A DNA stretch of 37,411 bases from positions 1 to 37,411 of the forward strand of contig JBPCUV010000357.1 of the NCBI GenBank assembly GCA_051010975.1, written 5' to 3'. Every line of letters starts with the position of its first letter. Position 1 is the stretch's first letter. The translations under genes were made by a program, and so were the position numbers. The stretch comes from Desulfocapsaceae bacterium (GTDB taxonomy: Bacteria > Desulfobacterota > Desulfobulbia > Desulfobulbales > Desulfocapsaceae). Below the pieces are notes generated by a model that was not told where the DNA came from, ran no database searches, and saw nothing but the letters and a program-made list of their open reading frames with translations. Shown here piece by piece: positions 8,375-17,213 of this stretch.

Positions 8375-9520
8375 ATGAGTCGGCTATATACCCAGTTCAT
8401 CATCTGCGTCATTTGTGTTTTTCTGCTATCCAGTTGCGAAACTGGGATTGAACCGAAGTCGACACCTATTTCCGTCAAACTAGGAGTTGTCGGGCCATTT
8501 AGTGGTACTAATAAAAGATGGGGAGAGAGTGGGTTTCAGGGTGTGCAAACCGCAGTTGAATATCATAAGGTGCGTAACCGTGGGCTGCAGGTAGAAATAA
8601 TCAAGGAGGACGATCAGAGTGATCCCGCCAAAGCAGACCTCGCCTTTGCCAAACTGGCAATCCAAGATCAGGTCGATGCAGTTATAGTTCTTTCAGGTAG
8701 TAGAACAACGCTGGGGATCGCGAAATCAGCAGATCGCTATAAGATTCCGATTATCTCAACTTTGTCCTCGCTCCCTGAGGTGACCAAAAACGATTGGGTA
8801 AGTCAGATAATTTTTGACGACAGGGCCCAGGGCACAGTGGCTGCCCTGTTCGTGATGGATGAGTTGTTGATCGAGCGCGCCTCTGTCATCTGGGATGGGG
8901 ATGATCCGCACTCAAAAGTATTGGCAGAAAATTTCAAACGCACTTACCAGGAAGCTGGAGGCAGCATTGTTTCCATCGATATTTCAGCCAGACAAGATGA
9001 TTATCTCAAGATTCTGGATCAGCTGCAGAAAAACAATGTCGAGTTTGTCTATCTACCGATGGAAGGGCGTCATGTGGCCAATTTTGAACAGAGTGTCAGA
9101 GAAATGCGCTTTAATCCCCAATCCATGGTAAGCGATGGCGTGCTTTCCCAACTGATGCTCGAGTATGCAGATAACCCAAACCTGTTAGAGGGTATGTTGG
9201 CCACCGACATCTACGCAAATGAAGTACCAGTGTCGGATTTTGGTAAAGCGGTTTCACTAAAATTCAAAAAACTTTTTAATACACCGGCCACCACCATTAC
9301 CGCTCTGGGCTGTGAAGGGACCCATGTCGCTTTGACCGCCATAGAAAAATGCGGCAAGAATCCTCAGAACGAGTGTATCAACAGAATGATACGGAGCGGC
9401 AATGAGTTTGAAGGGATTCTGGATCCCTTTTTTATCGGCCTGGACGGCAACGCGCAACGCCCTGTCTATATCAATAAAATCAGAAATAAGCGGCTTCGTT
9501 TCTTACTCAAGGTTAACTGA
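8375..9520 (+). CDS. Solute-binding lipoprotein of the LivJ/branched-chain amino-acid (Peripla_BP_6) type; no ABC partner genes nearby
   Basis: Lipobox LLSSC. KLGVVGPFSGTNKRWGESGFQGVQTAVEY...IIKEDDQSDPAKA is typical of type-I SBPs. The first ATG is at 8375. The TTG at 8369 overlaps the upstream stop codon (8370-8372). Confidence 0.85.
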   Translation: MSRLYTQFIICVICVFLLSSCETGIEPKSTPISVKLGVVGPFSGTNKRWGESGFQGVQTAVEYHKVRNRGLQVEIIKEDDQSDPAKADLAFAKLAIQDQVDAVIVLSGSRTTLGIAKSADRYKIPIISTLSSLPEVTKNDWVSQIIFDDRAQGTVAALFVMDELLIERASVIWDGDDPHSKVLAENFKRTYQEAGGSIVSIDISARQDDYLKILDQLQKNNVEFVYLPMEGRHVANFEQSVREMRFNPQSMVSDGVLSQLMLEYADNPNLLEGMLATDIYANEVPVSDFGKAVSLKFKKLFNTPATTITALGCEGTHVALTAIEKCGKNPQNECINRMIRSGNEFEGILDPFFIGLDGNAQRPVYINKIRNKRLRFLLKVN

Positions 9521-9811
9521 TTATATCCCCATAACTCCTCCCAAATAAGCTGGAGCAGCTGGATTCGACGACACATTCTGTGCTAAAATAAGACAGGATA
9601 CCTAGTTGTTCATTTTCCCTATGATTCGCCTGCAGCCGCAGGCAGGGAGGGCCCGTTGAGTTCTATTGCTACCATCGTCAGAGCCGACCCTGCCAAAGGT
9701 CAATTACGCTCGACTCTCCATCACCTAAACATTATCCAGGCCTCAGATAGCCAAGCGGGATGAAAAAACCGTCCCGATCAACATATCGAACATTAACCTG
9801 AGGAGGCAATC

Positions 9812-10102
9812 ATGGCGGTTAAGATTTTCATCAAAAGAAAAATTAACAAGGATGCGCTAAAAGATGCACCGGCCATGCTCATCCAGGCGCGTAAAAATGC
9901 AATGTCAAACAAAGGCTATATTTCTACTGAAACATTAGTTAACTGTGACGACCCAAGTGATATCGTCGTAGTCTCTATGTGGCAGAAAAGAGAGGACTGG
10001 GACGCCTACGCCTCCAGCTCCGAAAGGCAGGCCAACGAACAGAATTTTTCAGCCCTGTTAGCCGACGATACTACTTATGAGATCTACAATATGGGTATGT
10101 AG
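9812..10102 (+). CDS. Antibiotic-biosynthesis-monooxygenase (ABM, ferredoxin-like fold) domain protein
   Basis: 96 aa. SD GAGGAGG lies 6 nt upstream. ...GYISTETLVNCDDPSDIVVVSMWQKREDWDAY... matches the ABM pattern. Confidence 0.8.
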   Translation: MAVKIFIKRKINKDALKDAPAMLIQARKNAMSNKGYISTETLVNCDDPSDIVVVSMWQKREDWDAYASSSERQANEQNFSALLADDTTYEIYNMGM

Positions 10103-10535
10103 GTGTAACTACCCTGGGTTCAGTATAAGGGTAAGGGTACACGGGGTTAAATCATTCTGTGCCATCTGTCAGCGCAGAGGGGTCAGTAGAGGCAGAGGGA
10201 TCTGACAAGCGCTCGGTACGTGGCTGATTAGATGGTTCTTTAAAATAAGTGTATTCGAATGCTTGTGGTTCGCTAAGTGCGCACCACTCGGTCACCTGCC
10301 GGATATCATTTCTGCCTGTTAGTTTTTTAACAGGTGGAAAAGCACCGTGGGGTCAATAAACTAATCAGTTTATATGCTTCTGCGTTCCTGACTCCTTACT
10401 CTGTCTCAGCCCTCCTGGTTCCGACCACAAGTTGGCTTTTTTCTTTTTGTCTCACCGCAGGTTATAGTAAAGTAAATTTTATTCGTCCTACTATAATTCC
10501 AGCAGTTTTACAGGTAATTACTGAGGTAAGCCATA

Positions 10536-11627
10536 ATGAAAGGTGAGAAAGCCACCTACGGGCTCATGGCGATATTGCTGTTGAGTGCATTCACGATCCT
10601 TGCCCCACTGTCTGAGGCAGCAGAAAAGCCTAAAGGAAGAGTGGGAGTGTACGAATGTCCTCCTTTTGTGATAGACAACGGTGATGGCACCTTTTCGGGA
10701 TTAAGCATGGTGCTCTGGCAGCATATAGCCAAGGAGCTCCAGGTTGACTATGAAATATCTGCTCACAGTCTCGATGGGATACTTCAAGGAGTGGTGGACG
10801 GTACCATCGACGTCGGAGTGTCGTGCGTATCCATTACTCCTGCCAGGGAAACTGTCGTTGATTTTTCCCATTCATTCTATGAAACTCATCTGGCGGTTGC
10901 GGTCAAACAGCAGGGCCCCCTGACTTACATAAAAAATCTGCTGACTGACATGGATATCTTCAGATACTTTCTGATATTCATCGGTGCGGCATTCATCATC
11001 GGTCTGATTTTCTTTTTGCTTGAACGCAAGGATAACGAAAAATTCTACATTACAAGATCAAAGGCAGGAAATGTCCTGGAGATCCTGATGATGGGGGTTG
11101 TCTCGATCGTTAAGGGGCCTTTCAGCTATCATCTATTCAGCACCATGGCCGCCCGTGTACTCGCCGTAACGCTGGTCATCACTTCCACTTTTTTTGTCGC
11201 CGGTATTACCGCATTGCTAGCCAGTTCACTTACTCTCAAGTCTCTTGGGTCTGACATCCAGGGAGTGGAAGACCTGCGAACCAGGACAATTGGTGCCATT
11301 GAAGCATCTGTATCAGCGCAGCAACTAAAAGACTTCGGCATTTCCCATCTGACCTTCAGTGACGTGCATGAGTTGCTCGACGCTCTTGATAGGGGTAGAG
11401 TGGAAGCGGTCATCACCGATGACGCGGTACTAAGGTATCAATTAAAACAAGAACGGGAAAATGGACGTTATCAGGATCTTACCATTTTACCGTATCAGCT
11501 GGCCAAACAGAATTACGGCTTTGTACTGCCTGAAGATCATCCCAACGAGGAGCGTCTGAATCAAGCCCTTCTTAAGATCCGGAAAAGCCCGGAATGGAAA
11601 CAGGAGGTAAGCAAATTCCTCAAGTAA
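10536..11627 (+). CDS. Ionotropic-glutamate-receptor-like ligand-gated channel subunit (type-II solute-binding domain split by a pore module)
   Basis: Signal peptide, then SBP lobe 1 (VGVYECPPFVIDNGDGTFSGLSMVLW...DVGVSCVSITPARETVVDFSHSFYE). Next comes TM IFRYFLIFIGAAFIIGLIFFLL, then a short hydrophobic segment NVLEILMMGVVSIV. A second TM, ARVLAVTLVITSTFFVAGITALLASSLT, resembles the iGluR M3 SYTANLAAF region. SBP lobe 2 follows (RTIGAIEASVSAQQL...VITDDAVLRYQ...YGFVLPEDHP). There is no C-terminal TM. Confidence 0.8.
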   Translation: MKGEKATYGLMAILLLSAFTILAPLSEAAEKPKGRVGVYECPPFVIDNGDGTFSGLSMVLWQHIAKELQVDYEISAHSLDGILQGVVDGTIDVGVSCVSITPARETVVDFSHSFYETHLAVAVKQQGPLTYIKNLLTDMDIFRYFLIFIGAAFIIGLIFFLLERKDNEKFYITRSKAGNVLEILMMGVVSIVKGPFSYHLFSTMAARVLAVTLVITSTFFVAGITALLASSLTLKSLGSDIQGVEDLRTRTIGAIEASVSAQQLKDFGISHLTFSDVHELLDALDRGRVEAVITDDAVLRYQLKQERENGRYQDLTILPYQLAKQNYGFVLPEDHPNEERLNQALLKIRKSPEWKQEVSKFLK

Positions 11628-11646
11628 GTTTAAACCAGGCGGGATT

Positions 11647-12024
11647 ATGAAGTTAACACTCACCGTTCTTGAGGGGAGCTATGGTATTCATCGATTTGCT
11701 CCCGACGCCGTCGTTCCCGATACCATCCAGGAGAGCCTGTTTTACTCTGTGACCAGAACCGATGAAGAGCTTTCCATTGTTTGCGATGCGACAATCGATC
11801 TGCATGCAATTCAGAGTGAAACTGACTGGCGGGTTATCAAAATAGTCGGCCCCTTGAATTTTTCTCTTACAGGAATTCTGGCAGCTATTGCCGAGGTGCT
11901 GGCCGGCGTGAAGATTTCAATTTTTACACTATCGACCTTCGATACCGATTATATACTTGTCAGAAACGATAATCTGAAAAAGGCTAGAAAGGTCCTTTTA
12001 GAGGCGGGCAATCAATTTCTCTAG
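11647..12024 (+). CDS. ACT-domain protein (ACT_7/CASTOR-like small-ligand-binding fold)
   Basis: 125 aa. LEGSYGIHRF...FYSVTRTDEELSIVC...WRVIKIVGPLNFSLTGILAAIAEVLAGVKISIFTLSTFDTDYILV is the typical stand-alone ACT pattern. It starts 19 nt after the channel gene. Confidence 0.8.
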   Translation: MKLTLTVLEGSYGIHRFAPDAVVPDTIQESLFYSVTRTDEELSIVCDATIDLHAIQSETDWRVIKIVGPLNFSLTGILAAIAEVLAGVKISIFTLSTFDTDYILVRNDNLKKARKVLLEAGNQFL

Positions 12025-12048
12025 ATGGATACTGATCGGTTTCTTCAG

Positions 12049-13917
12049 CTAAAAACATTTCCCCACATTATCCCAGGATCCGTCTTTAACCCAGTCGTGC
12101 TTCTGAGCAAAAAGCCTGTCACTATCGTAAAGCTTTTTGGCTTTTTGGCGTTTCAGAAATTTATCGTATTGAGTCGGGCCACCGTTATACATTGCATAGA
12201 CTACCTGGGCAAGGGTATCGGTTTTGGAGAGGATTTCAGGGCCGTATTTGCGAAGAGCGTACTTTTGAAGGTAGAGGTCAACGATCTCACAACCGGCACT
12301 GGCGTTGTAATGAATATCCCACCTAAGCCGCTGGGTATCGTATATCCCCCTCCAGACCCGCTCATTAACCTGCATGATACCAACTGAACTGTTGTTGTAG
12401 GACAACAGGTAGGTCAGTTTTTCATCCTTAACCACAAATTGTTTGAAACAACTCTCCTGCCAGGCAATAGCTGGTATCATCGTACGATAAATTTCATTGA
12501 GATAGTCGGGAAGCTCCCGGCGTATGATAAGGCTGGTGAAAGCGAATTCGAGAAGGTCTCGAATTCGCTTTAGATATTCGCCGGGATTGTTTTTTGGGGC
12601 TTGCCAACGTTGGATATCTTTGAATGACGGCATTTTTTGAGCGTGGGCTGACGGGATAAACAGTGATTCAAGAAACTGCAGCATCTGGTGCGCCGAGGTA
12701 TCTGAATTTGTCTCCGGAGTCTGTTCGTTATCAGGAGTATTCTTTTCCTCGTCTGGATGGACCTGGAACAGCTGCTGCAGGGCTTTGTTGATATCGGGGG
12801 AGTAGTGCAGTTCAATAGTCTCCCCTCCGAGAATTTTGGCCAGACGGACAAGACCATTGCGGCTGATTTCGATTCCGAATGACGGGCCTAACTCATCGAG
12901 AACCATCAATGCATCAACGGCAGTGATAAAACTGATATAGCCGAGCCCGTTCTCTGGCGGGTTGCGTAGCATCTGATTTCTGAAAATACCGGAGAGGAGT
13001 TCCCAGCCATCGAGGAACTGATCACGAACAAAATCCTTTTGAACAGAAGGGTCATTGATCTGGGTGACGAACTCGTAACGGGTTTCAAGAAGTAGATCGA
13101 CAAGCTGCTGTTGTTCGGTGGGACTCAGTGCTTGTTCCGAGAGCATCGTTATAATATAGACCAGCAGAGAGTCCCAGGTTTCCCAGAGATCGAGAAACCC
13201 TGTCATTTCTTCTTCAGATAGTGTTTCGACTTCCTCAAGAACCTCGCTACCAGCCACCTCAATTGCATCGGCGTAAACGTTGACCACAAGTGTCTTCTCA
13301 CTGGCAGTAATGGCACCTGGTCTGATGCTGTCGAGCAGCTGTTCTGCTTCTTTACGGGCCTCAGGGGTGAACATCGGTAAGATAAAGGCTCGCAGGTCTT
13401 CAACAGGAGAATCGAGTTTAATGGCAAACTCATGCATGTGTTCGTTTATCAGCGGCAGCAAACGGTCGAACACCATATCGAAACTTTCAATTTGTTTTCC
13501 TGCGGCTGAAAAGATTTTCGTATCCACCGTCTGGAAGGTGAGATCCCAGGTGTTGCTGTCAAGCTGAGGAACTTGAGAAATCTCGATTGAGCCGTTCCAT
13601 TCGTAAGGCATAAGACAATTTCCACCCAGAGGCGTACCCAGGTGAATGAAAATCTTCGAGGCAAGATTGACAACGTTTGCTCCTCCTGAGAACTGAGGTT
13701 CGGACAACCTCAGCTCAAGACAACCGTCTGCCTCGTTGAGCAATAGGGCGGTTTGCCCTGGATCGGTATATAAGGATTGGATAAGCAGAGCGTCCAGCAA
13801 TTCATATTCAAGAGTTATCGGGATGGTTATCTCTTTTGCCATGCTTTCAAAAGCAAACAGAAGAGAAGAAACGGCGACTATAAAGATAGACAGGATTTTA
13901 TACATGATAGTGGGCAA
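12049..13917 (-). CDS. Exported protein with a C-terminal SLT (lytic transglycosylase) domain and a ~430-aa N-terminal region of unknown function
   Basis: Signal peptide MPTIMYKILSIFIVAVSSLLFAFESMA. The C-terminus has AIAWQESCFKQF (catalytic Glu context), ...SVGIMQVNERVW..., YNASAGCEIVDLYL and AMYNGGP, which are classic SLT family-1 motifs. Confidence 0.8.
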   Translation of the reverse strand: MPTIMYKILSIFIVAVSSLLFAFESMAKEITIPITLEYELLDALLIQSLYTDPGQTALLLNEADGCLELRLSEPQFSGGANVVNLASKIFIHLGTPLGGNCLMPYEWNGSIEISQVPQLDSNTWDLTFQTVDTKIFSAAGKQIESFDMVFDRLLPLINEHMHEFAIKLDSPVEDLRAFILPMFTPEARKEAEQLLDSIRPGAITASEKTLVVNVYADAIEVAGSEVLEEVETLSEEEMTGFLDLWETWDSLLVYIITMLSEQALSPTEQQQLVDLLLETRYEFVTQINDPSVQKDFVRDQFLDGWELLSGIFRNQMLRNPPENGLGYISFITAVDALMVLDELGPSFGIEISRNGLVRLAKILGGETIELHYSPDINKALQQLFQVHPDEEKNTPDNEQTPETNSDTSAHQMLQFLESLFIPSAHAQKMPSFKDIQRWQAPKNNPGEYLKRIRDLLEFAFTSLIIRRELPDYLNEIYRTMIPAIAWQESCFKQFVVKDEKLTYLLSYNNSSVGIMQVNERVWRGIYDTQRLRWDIHYNASAGCEIVDLYLQKYALRKYGPEILSKTDTLAQVVYAMYNGGPTQYDKFLKRQKAKKLYDSDRLFAQKHDWVKDGSWDNVGKCF

Positions 13918-14027
13918 GGTATTTTGAGGTGGTCAGAGGTCTTAATATAACAGCTGAATAATAGATTTCCTATATCTAAGACCCATGGAAATCTTAACTG
14001 AATCAGGTTCCATTGCCTTACAGAAAA

Positions 14028-14043
14028 TTAAACAGACGTTTAA
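14028..14043. promoter_or_regulatory. 16-bp palindrome TTAAAC-AGAC-GTTTAA, candidate TetR operator (site 1)
   Basis: Perfect 6-bp arms. It lies in the divergent intergenic region between the SLT gene and the TetR gene. It has the same half-sites as 14083..14098. Confidence 0.5.
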
Positions 14044-14082
14044 AATATTCTTGTGGAGCAATCTTTTTTATGATAGTTGGTG

Positions 14083-14098
14083 TTAAACGAACGTTTAA
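14083..14098. promoter_or_regulatory. 16-bp palindrome TTAAACG-AA-CGTTTAA, candidate TetR operator (site 2)
   Basis: Perfect 7-bp arms, 55 bp from site 1 and 24 nt upstream of the TetR ATG at 14122. Confidence 0.5.
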
Positions 14099-14121
14099 AT
14101 TCCTACCGGTACAATTCATAC

Positions 14122-14751
14122 ATGATTGCTTCGAAACAAAGGATTTTAAAAGCCGGGGTTACCATGTTCGCTCGTAAAGGATATGGGAATACCGGGTTAC
14201 GTGAACTGGCTGAACAGGCTGGAGTCAATCTGGCAATGGTTAATTATTTTTTTGGCAGCAAAAAGGGGCTGCTGAAGGTAATTCTTGATACTTTCCTGTC
14301 CGCATACCATGAAATTGCTCAGCAGGAATTATCCTCGGACGGAGATATCGACGAAAAAGTACGACGCTTCATGAATAGAATCATCCCCTTTATCAGAGAG
14401 AATAAGGAATATTTTATCGTCGTCCTGACCGAACTTCCCCATGACGATCCCGACATTATTGAACATAAGGCGTCCTGGATCCGAAAAATAGTCGATCTGG
14501 TTCAAGATGAAATTTGTACGCCACTGTCGGCAGATACTGAACAGAAGATAACCCCTTATCTCATAGGGCCGGTAATGATAGGCATGATTGCCATGCGATT
14601 TCTCGTAGAACCTGTTTTTGAAAGGGTGAAGCCGGCGGATTTAGAGCTTGATTCCCATACCGGTTATCCCGATTTGATCGCAGAAATATTTCTCAACGGA
14701 ATCCATGGATTGCAAAGAAAGGCAGGGGAGGTTGTCAATGAAAAGTTTTAG
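14122..14751 (+). CDS. TetR/AcrR-family transcriptional regulator
   Basis: The N-terminal HTH region is ILKAGVTMFARKGYGNTGLRELAEQAGVNLAMVNYFFGSKKGLL. I prefer ATG 14122 to the TTG at 14077, because the palindromic operator lies inside the TTG extension. Confidence 0.9.
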   Translation: MIASKQRILKAGVTMFARKGYGNTGLRELAEQAGVNLAMVNYFFGSKKGLLKVILDTFLSAYHEIAQQELSSDGDIDEKVRRFMNRIIPFIRENKEYFIVVLTELPHDDPDIIEHKASWIRKIVDLVQDEICTPLSADTEQKITPYLIGPVMIGMIAMRFLVEPVFERVKPADLELDSHTGYPDLIAEIFLNGIHGLQRKAGEVVNEKF

Positions 14752-17212
14752 AGAAAAGGCAGAAACCTTCTTTGATTATGGCGCAGCTCTGGTTATCAGG
14801 TTTCGTTTTCTGGTGCTGCTCTTCTCAATCCTTTGTACCGCATTGCTGGCTTCGAATATCAAAGATCTCCAATTCGATACTTCCAATGAAGGATTCCTGC
14901 GCCAGGATGACCCCATTCTTGCTACCTATAACAGTTTTAGAGAGCAATTCGGAAGAGACGACATGCTTCTTCTGGCTATTCATTCCGACAAAATCTTTTC
15001 TCTGGAGTTTCTTGGTAGACTGAAAAATCTGCATGACAGCATCGAGAGCGAAATAGATAATATCAATGATATGAATTCGATGGTAAACGCTCGCTCAACA
15101 AGAGGTGAGGGCGATGTACTGCTGGTCGATGATCTGTTGACTGATTTCCCGGAAACTGAAGAACAGCTGGAGAAGCTCAGGTCCCAGGTGATGAGCAACC
15201 CGCTCTATATTAATCAGCTCATTTCTGGAAATGGCTTATATACGACAATAGTTATCGAAAGCGATGTTTACACCAGTTCTGAAGAAGAAGATTTGTTTGC
15301 CGGTTTCGATGCGGTCGAAGGCAGCTCCGGTGATGAGGCCGACAACCTTTCTTCCGGAAAATTCATAAGCGATCAAGAAAATAGTGAATTCGTGGAAGCT
15401 GTCTACGAGATAGTGAAGCAACACCGCAGTGATGAATTTAAGGTGTACATTGCCGGTTCGCCGGCAGTAATGCATTCCATCAAACTGTTCATGCAGAGTG
15501 ATGTGAAAAAATTCATGCGAATCGCAATTATCGTCATCGGGATCTGTCTTTTCATCATGTTCAGGAGGGTGTCCGGGGTTGTGCTTCCTCTGGTTATCGT
15601 CGCATTTTCACTGGTTTCAACCATCAGCCTTATGGCTTTTCTAGGCGTGTCGTTTAAATTGCCCACCACGATTCTGCCGTCGTTTTTACTTGCTGTGGGT
15701 GTCGGTGCCAGTGTGCATATTCTTTCACTTACTTACCAGGGGTTGCGTAAAGGCAAGCAGAAAGAATTAGCGATACGAGATGCCTACTCTCACTCTGGTT
15801 TGGCCATAGCCATGACATCTTTGACCACGGCAGCCGGTCTCGCCTCATTTTCGCTGGCTGGAGTCGCACCAATTGCTGATCTTGGGATCTTTTCATCTAT
15901 AGGTGTAATGATTTCGCTATGGTTCACGCTTACCTTGCTGCCCGCCTTATTGGCGATTATGCCGTTGAGGATAAAAAAACCGCAAAAGGGCGTTCAAAAG
16001 AACCGGGTGGACAGACTGCTCGAATTTCTTGCTGACTTTTCCATCGATCATCACCGCAGTGTGCTGGTCGTCTGCGCGGTAATTATTGTAATTGCCGTCT
16101 ATGGGGCGTTGCAGGTGAGATTTTCTCACCAGGTGCTGAACTGGCTTCCAGAGGATTTAGACGTCAGGATTTCGACCGAGGTTATCGACCGCGAACTAAA
16201 AGGCAGCGTGGTACTGGAGGTCCTGCTGGACACCGGGAAAGAGAACGGGCTCTATGATCGCGATACATTGTTGGCGATTGACAGGTTGACCGACGAGATG
16301 GAGAAAGATTTTCAGGATCAGGAGGTCTTTGTCGGGAAGTCAATTGCGGTGACCACGATCCTCAAGGAAATTCACCAGGCCTTGCACGCCAACGATCCAG
16401 ATTTCTACAAGGTTCCTGACAATCAGCGCCTCATTCCTCAGGAATTTCTCCTTTTTGAAAACTCAGGTTCCGACGATTTGCAGGATGTTGTTGATTCGAG
16501 GTTTCAGGTTGCCAGGATAACGCTGAAGGTTCCATGGCAGGATGCGATTCTCTACCGATCCTTCATCAACGAAGTAGAGCAGCGTTTTGAGGATGAGCTG
16601 GCTGGCAAAACCCTGGACGACGGGCAGCCTATGCAGATAACCGTTACCGGCATCATGTCGATATTCGGACGTATCATCAGTGCGGCTATCTTTTCTACCG
16701 CGCAAAGCTATATCATTGCTCTGGCGATCATCACCTTGCTTATGGTGACTCTGATCGGCAACCTCAAACTCGGATTTATCAGCATGATCCCGAATCTTAC
16801 CCCGATCCTCTGCATCATTGGCTTCATGGGTATTGCATCGATTCAATTCGACATGTTCACCATGCTAATCGCTCCAATAGCCATAGGGCTGGCGGTCGAT
16901 GACACCATCCATTTCATGTACAATTTCAAAAAATATTTTGAAAAGACCGGTGATGTGCGAGAGGCGGTACATCACACTCTTCAGACCGCCGGCAGGGCAA
17001 TGCTGACAACCTCGGTGGTTTTGTCTATCGGCTTTTTCATATTTACCCAGGCTTCAATGAACAACCTTTTCAATTTCGGGCTTCTCACCGGCATAGCAAT
17101 ATTGCTTGCACTTGCTGCCGATCTCATTTTGGCGCCTGCCCTGATGGCTCTGGTTATCGGAACAACGGAGCGGACCTCTGATCTCAACAACCTACCCAGT
17201 GAAGGAGGGTGA
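14738..17212 (+). CDS. MMPL/RND-superfamily transporter (HpnN-like lipid/hydrophobe exporter type)
   Basis: About 824 aa with two repeated 6-TM MMPL modules separated by large periplasmic loops (...IAIIVIGICLFIMFRRVSGVVLPLVIV... and ...IIALAIITLLMVTLIGNLKLGFISMIPNL...AIGLAVDDTIHFM). ATG 14738 is preceded by GGGGAGG and overlaps the TetR stop. Confidence 0.9.
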   Translation: MKSFREKAETFFDYGAALVIRFRFLVLLFSILCTALLASNIKDLQFDTSNEGFLRQDDPILATYNSFREQFGRDDMLLLAIHSDKIFSLEFLGRLKNLHDSIESEIDNINDMNSMVNARSTRGEGDVLLVDDLLTDFPETEEQLEKLRSQVMSNPLYINQLISGNGLYTTIVIESDVYTSSEEEDLFAGFDAVEGSSGDEADNLSSGKFISDQENSEFVEAVYEIVKQHRSDEFKVYIAGSPAVMHSIKLFMQSDVKKFMRIAIIVIGICLFIMFRRVSGVVLPLVIVAFSLVSTISLMAFLGVSFKLPTTILPSFLLAVGVGASVHILSLTYQGLRKGKQKELAIRDAYSHSGLAIAMTSLTTAAGLASFSLAGVAPIADLGIFSSIGVMISLWFTLTLLPALLAIMPLRIKKPQKGVQKNRVDRLLEFLADFSIDHHRSVLVVCAVIIVIAVYGALQVRFSHQVLNWLPEDLDVRISTEVIDRELKGSVVLEVLLDTGKENGLYDRDTLLAIDRLTDEMEKDFQDQEVFVGKSIAVTTILKEIHQALHANDPDFYKVPDNQRLIPQEFLLFENSGSDDLQDVVDSRFQVARITLKVPWQDAILYRSFINEVEQRFEDELAGKTLDDGQPMQITVTGIMSIFGRIISAAIFSTAQSYIIALAIITLLMVTLIGNLKLGFISMIPNLTPILCIIGFMGIASIQFDMFTMLIAPIAIGLAVDDTIHFMYNFKKYFEKTGDVREAVHHTLQTAGRAMLTTSVVLSIGFFIFTQASMNNLFNFGLLTGIAILLALAADLILAPALMALVIGTTERTSDLNNLPSEGG

Positions 17213-17213
17213 A

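Noticed and set aside
10246-10262. TTCGAAT string reminiscent of a tRNA T-loop
   Set aside because: It is part of an 8-bp palindrome (ATTCGAAT). I could not build an acceptor, D or anticodon arm around it. I see no tRNA anywhere in the window.
10334-10546. 70-aa ORF in the long intergenic region upstream of the channel gene
   Set aside because: It has a GTG start and no SD. It overlaps the well-supported ATG and SD of the channel gene and contains no recognisable domain.
12025-12387. + strand 120-aa ORF overlapping the SLT-domain gene. The same applies to other long antisense or off-frame ORFs, such as 3264..3674, 19788..20255, 21987..22394, 23354..23635, 25942..26265 and 35177..35689.
   Set aside because: Each lies entirely inside a gene with clear family motifs on the other strand or in another frame. 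They lack SD sequences and have Arg/Ser/Gly-rich shadow-ORF composition.
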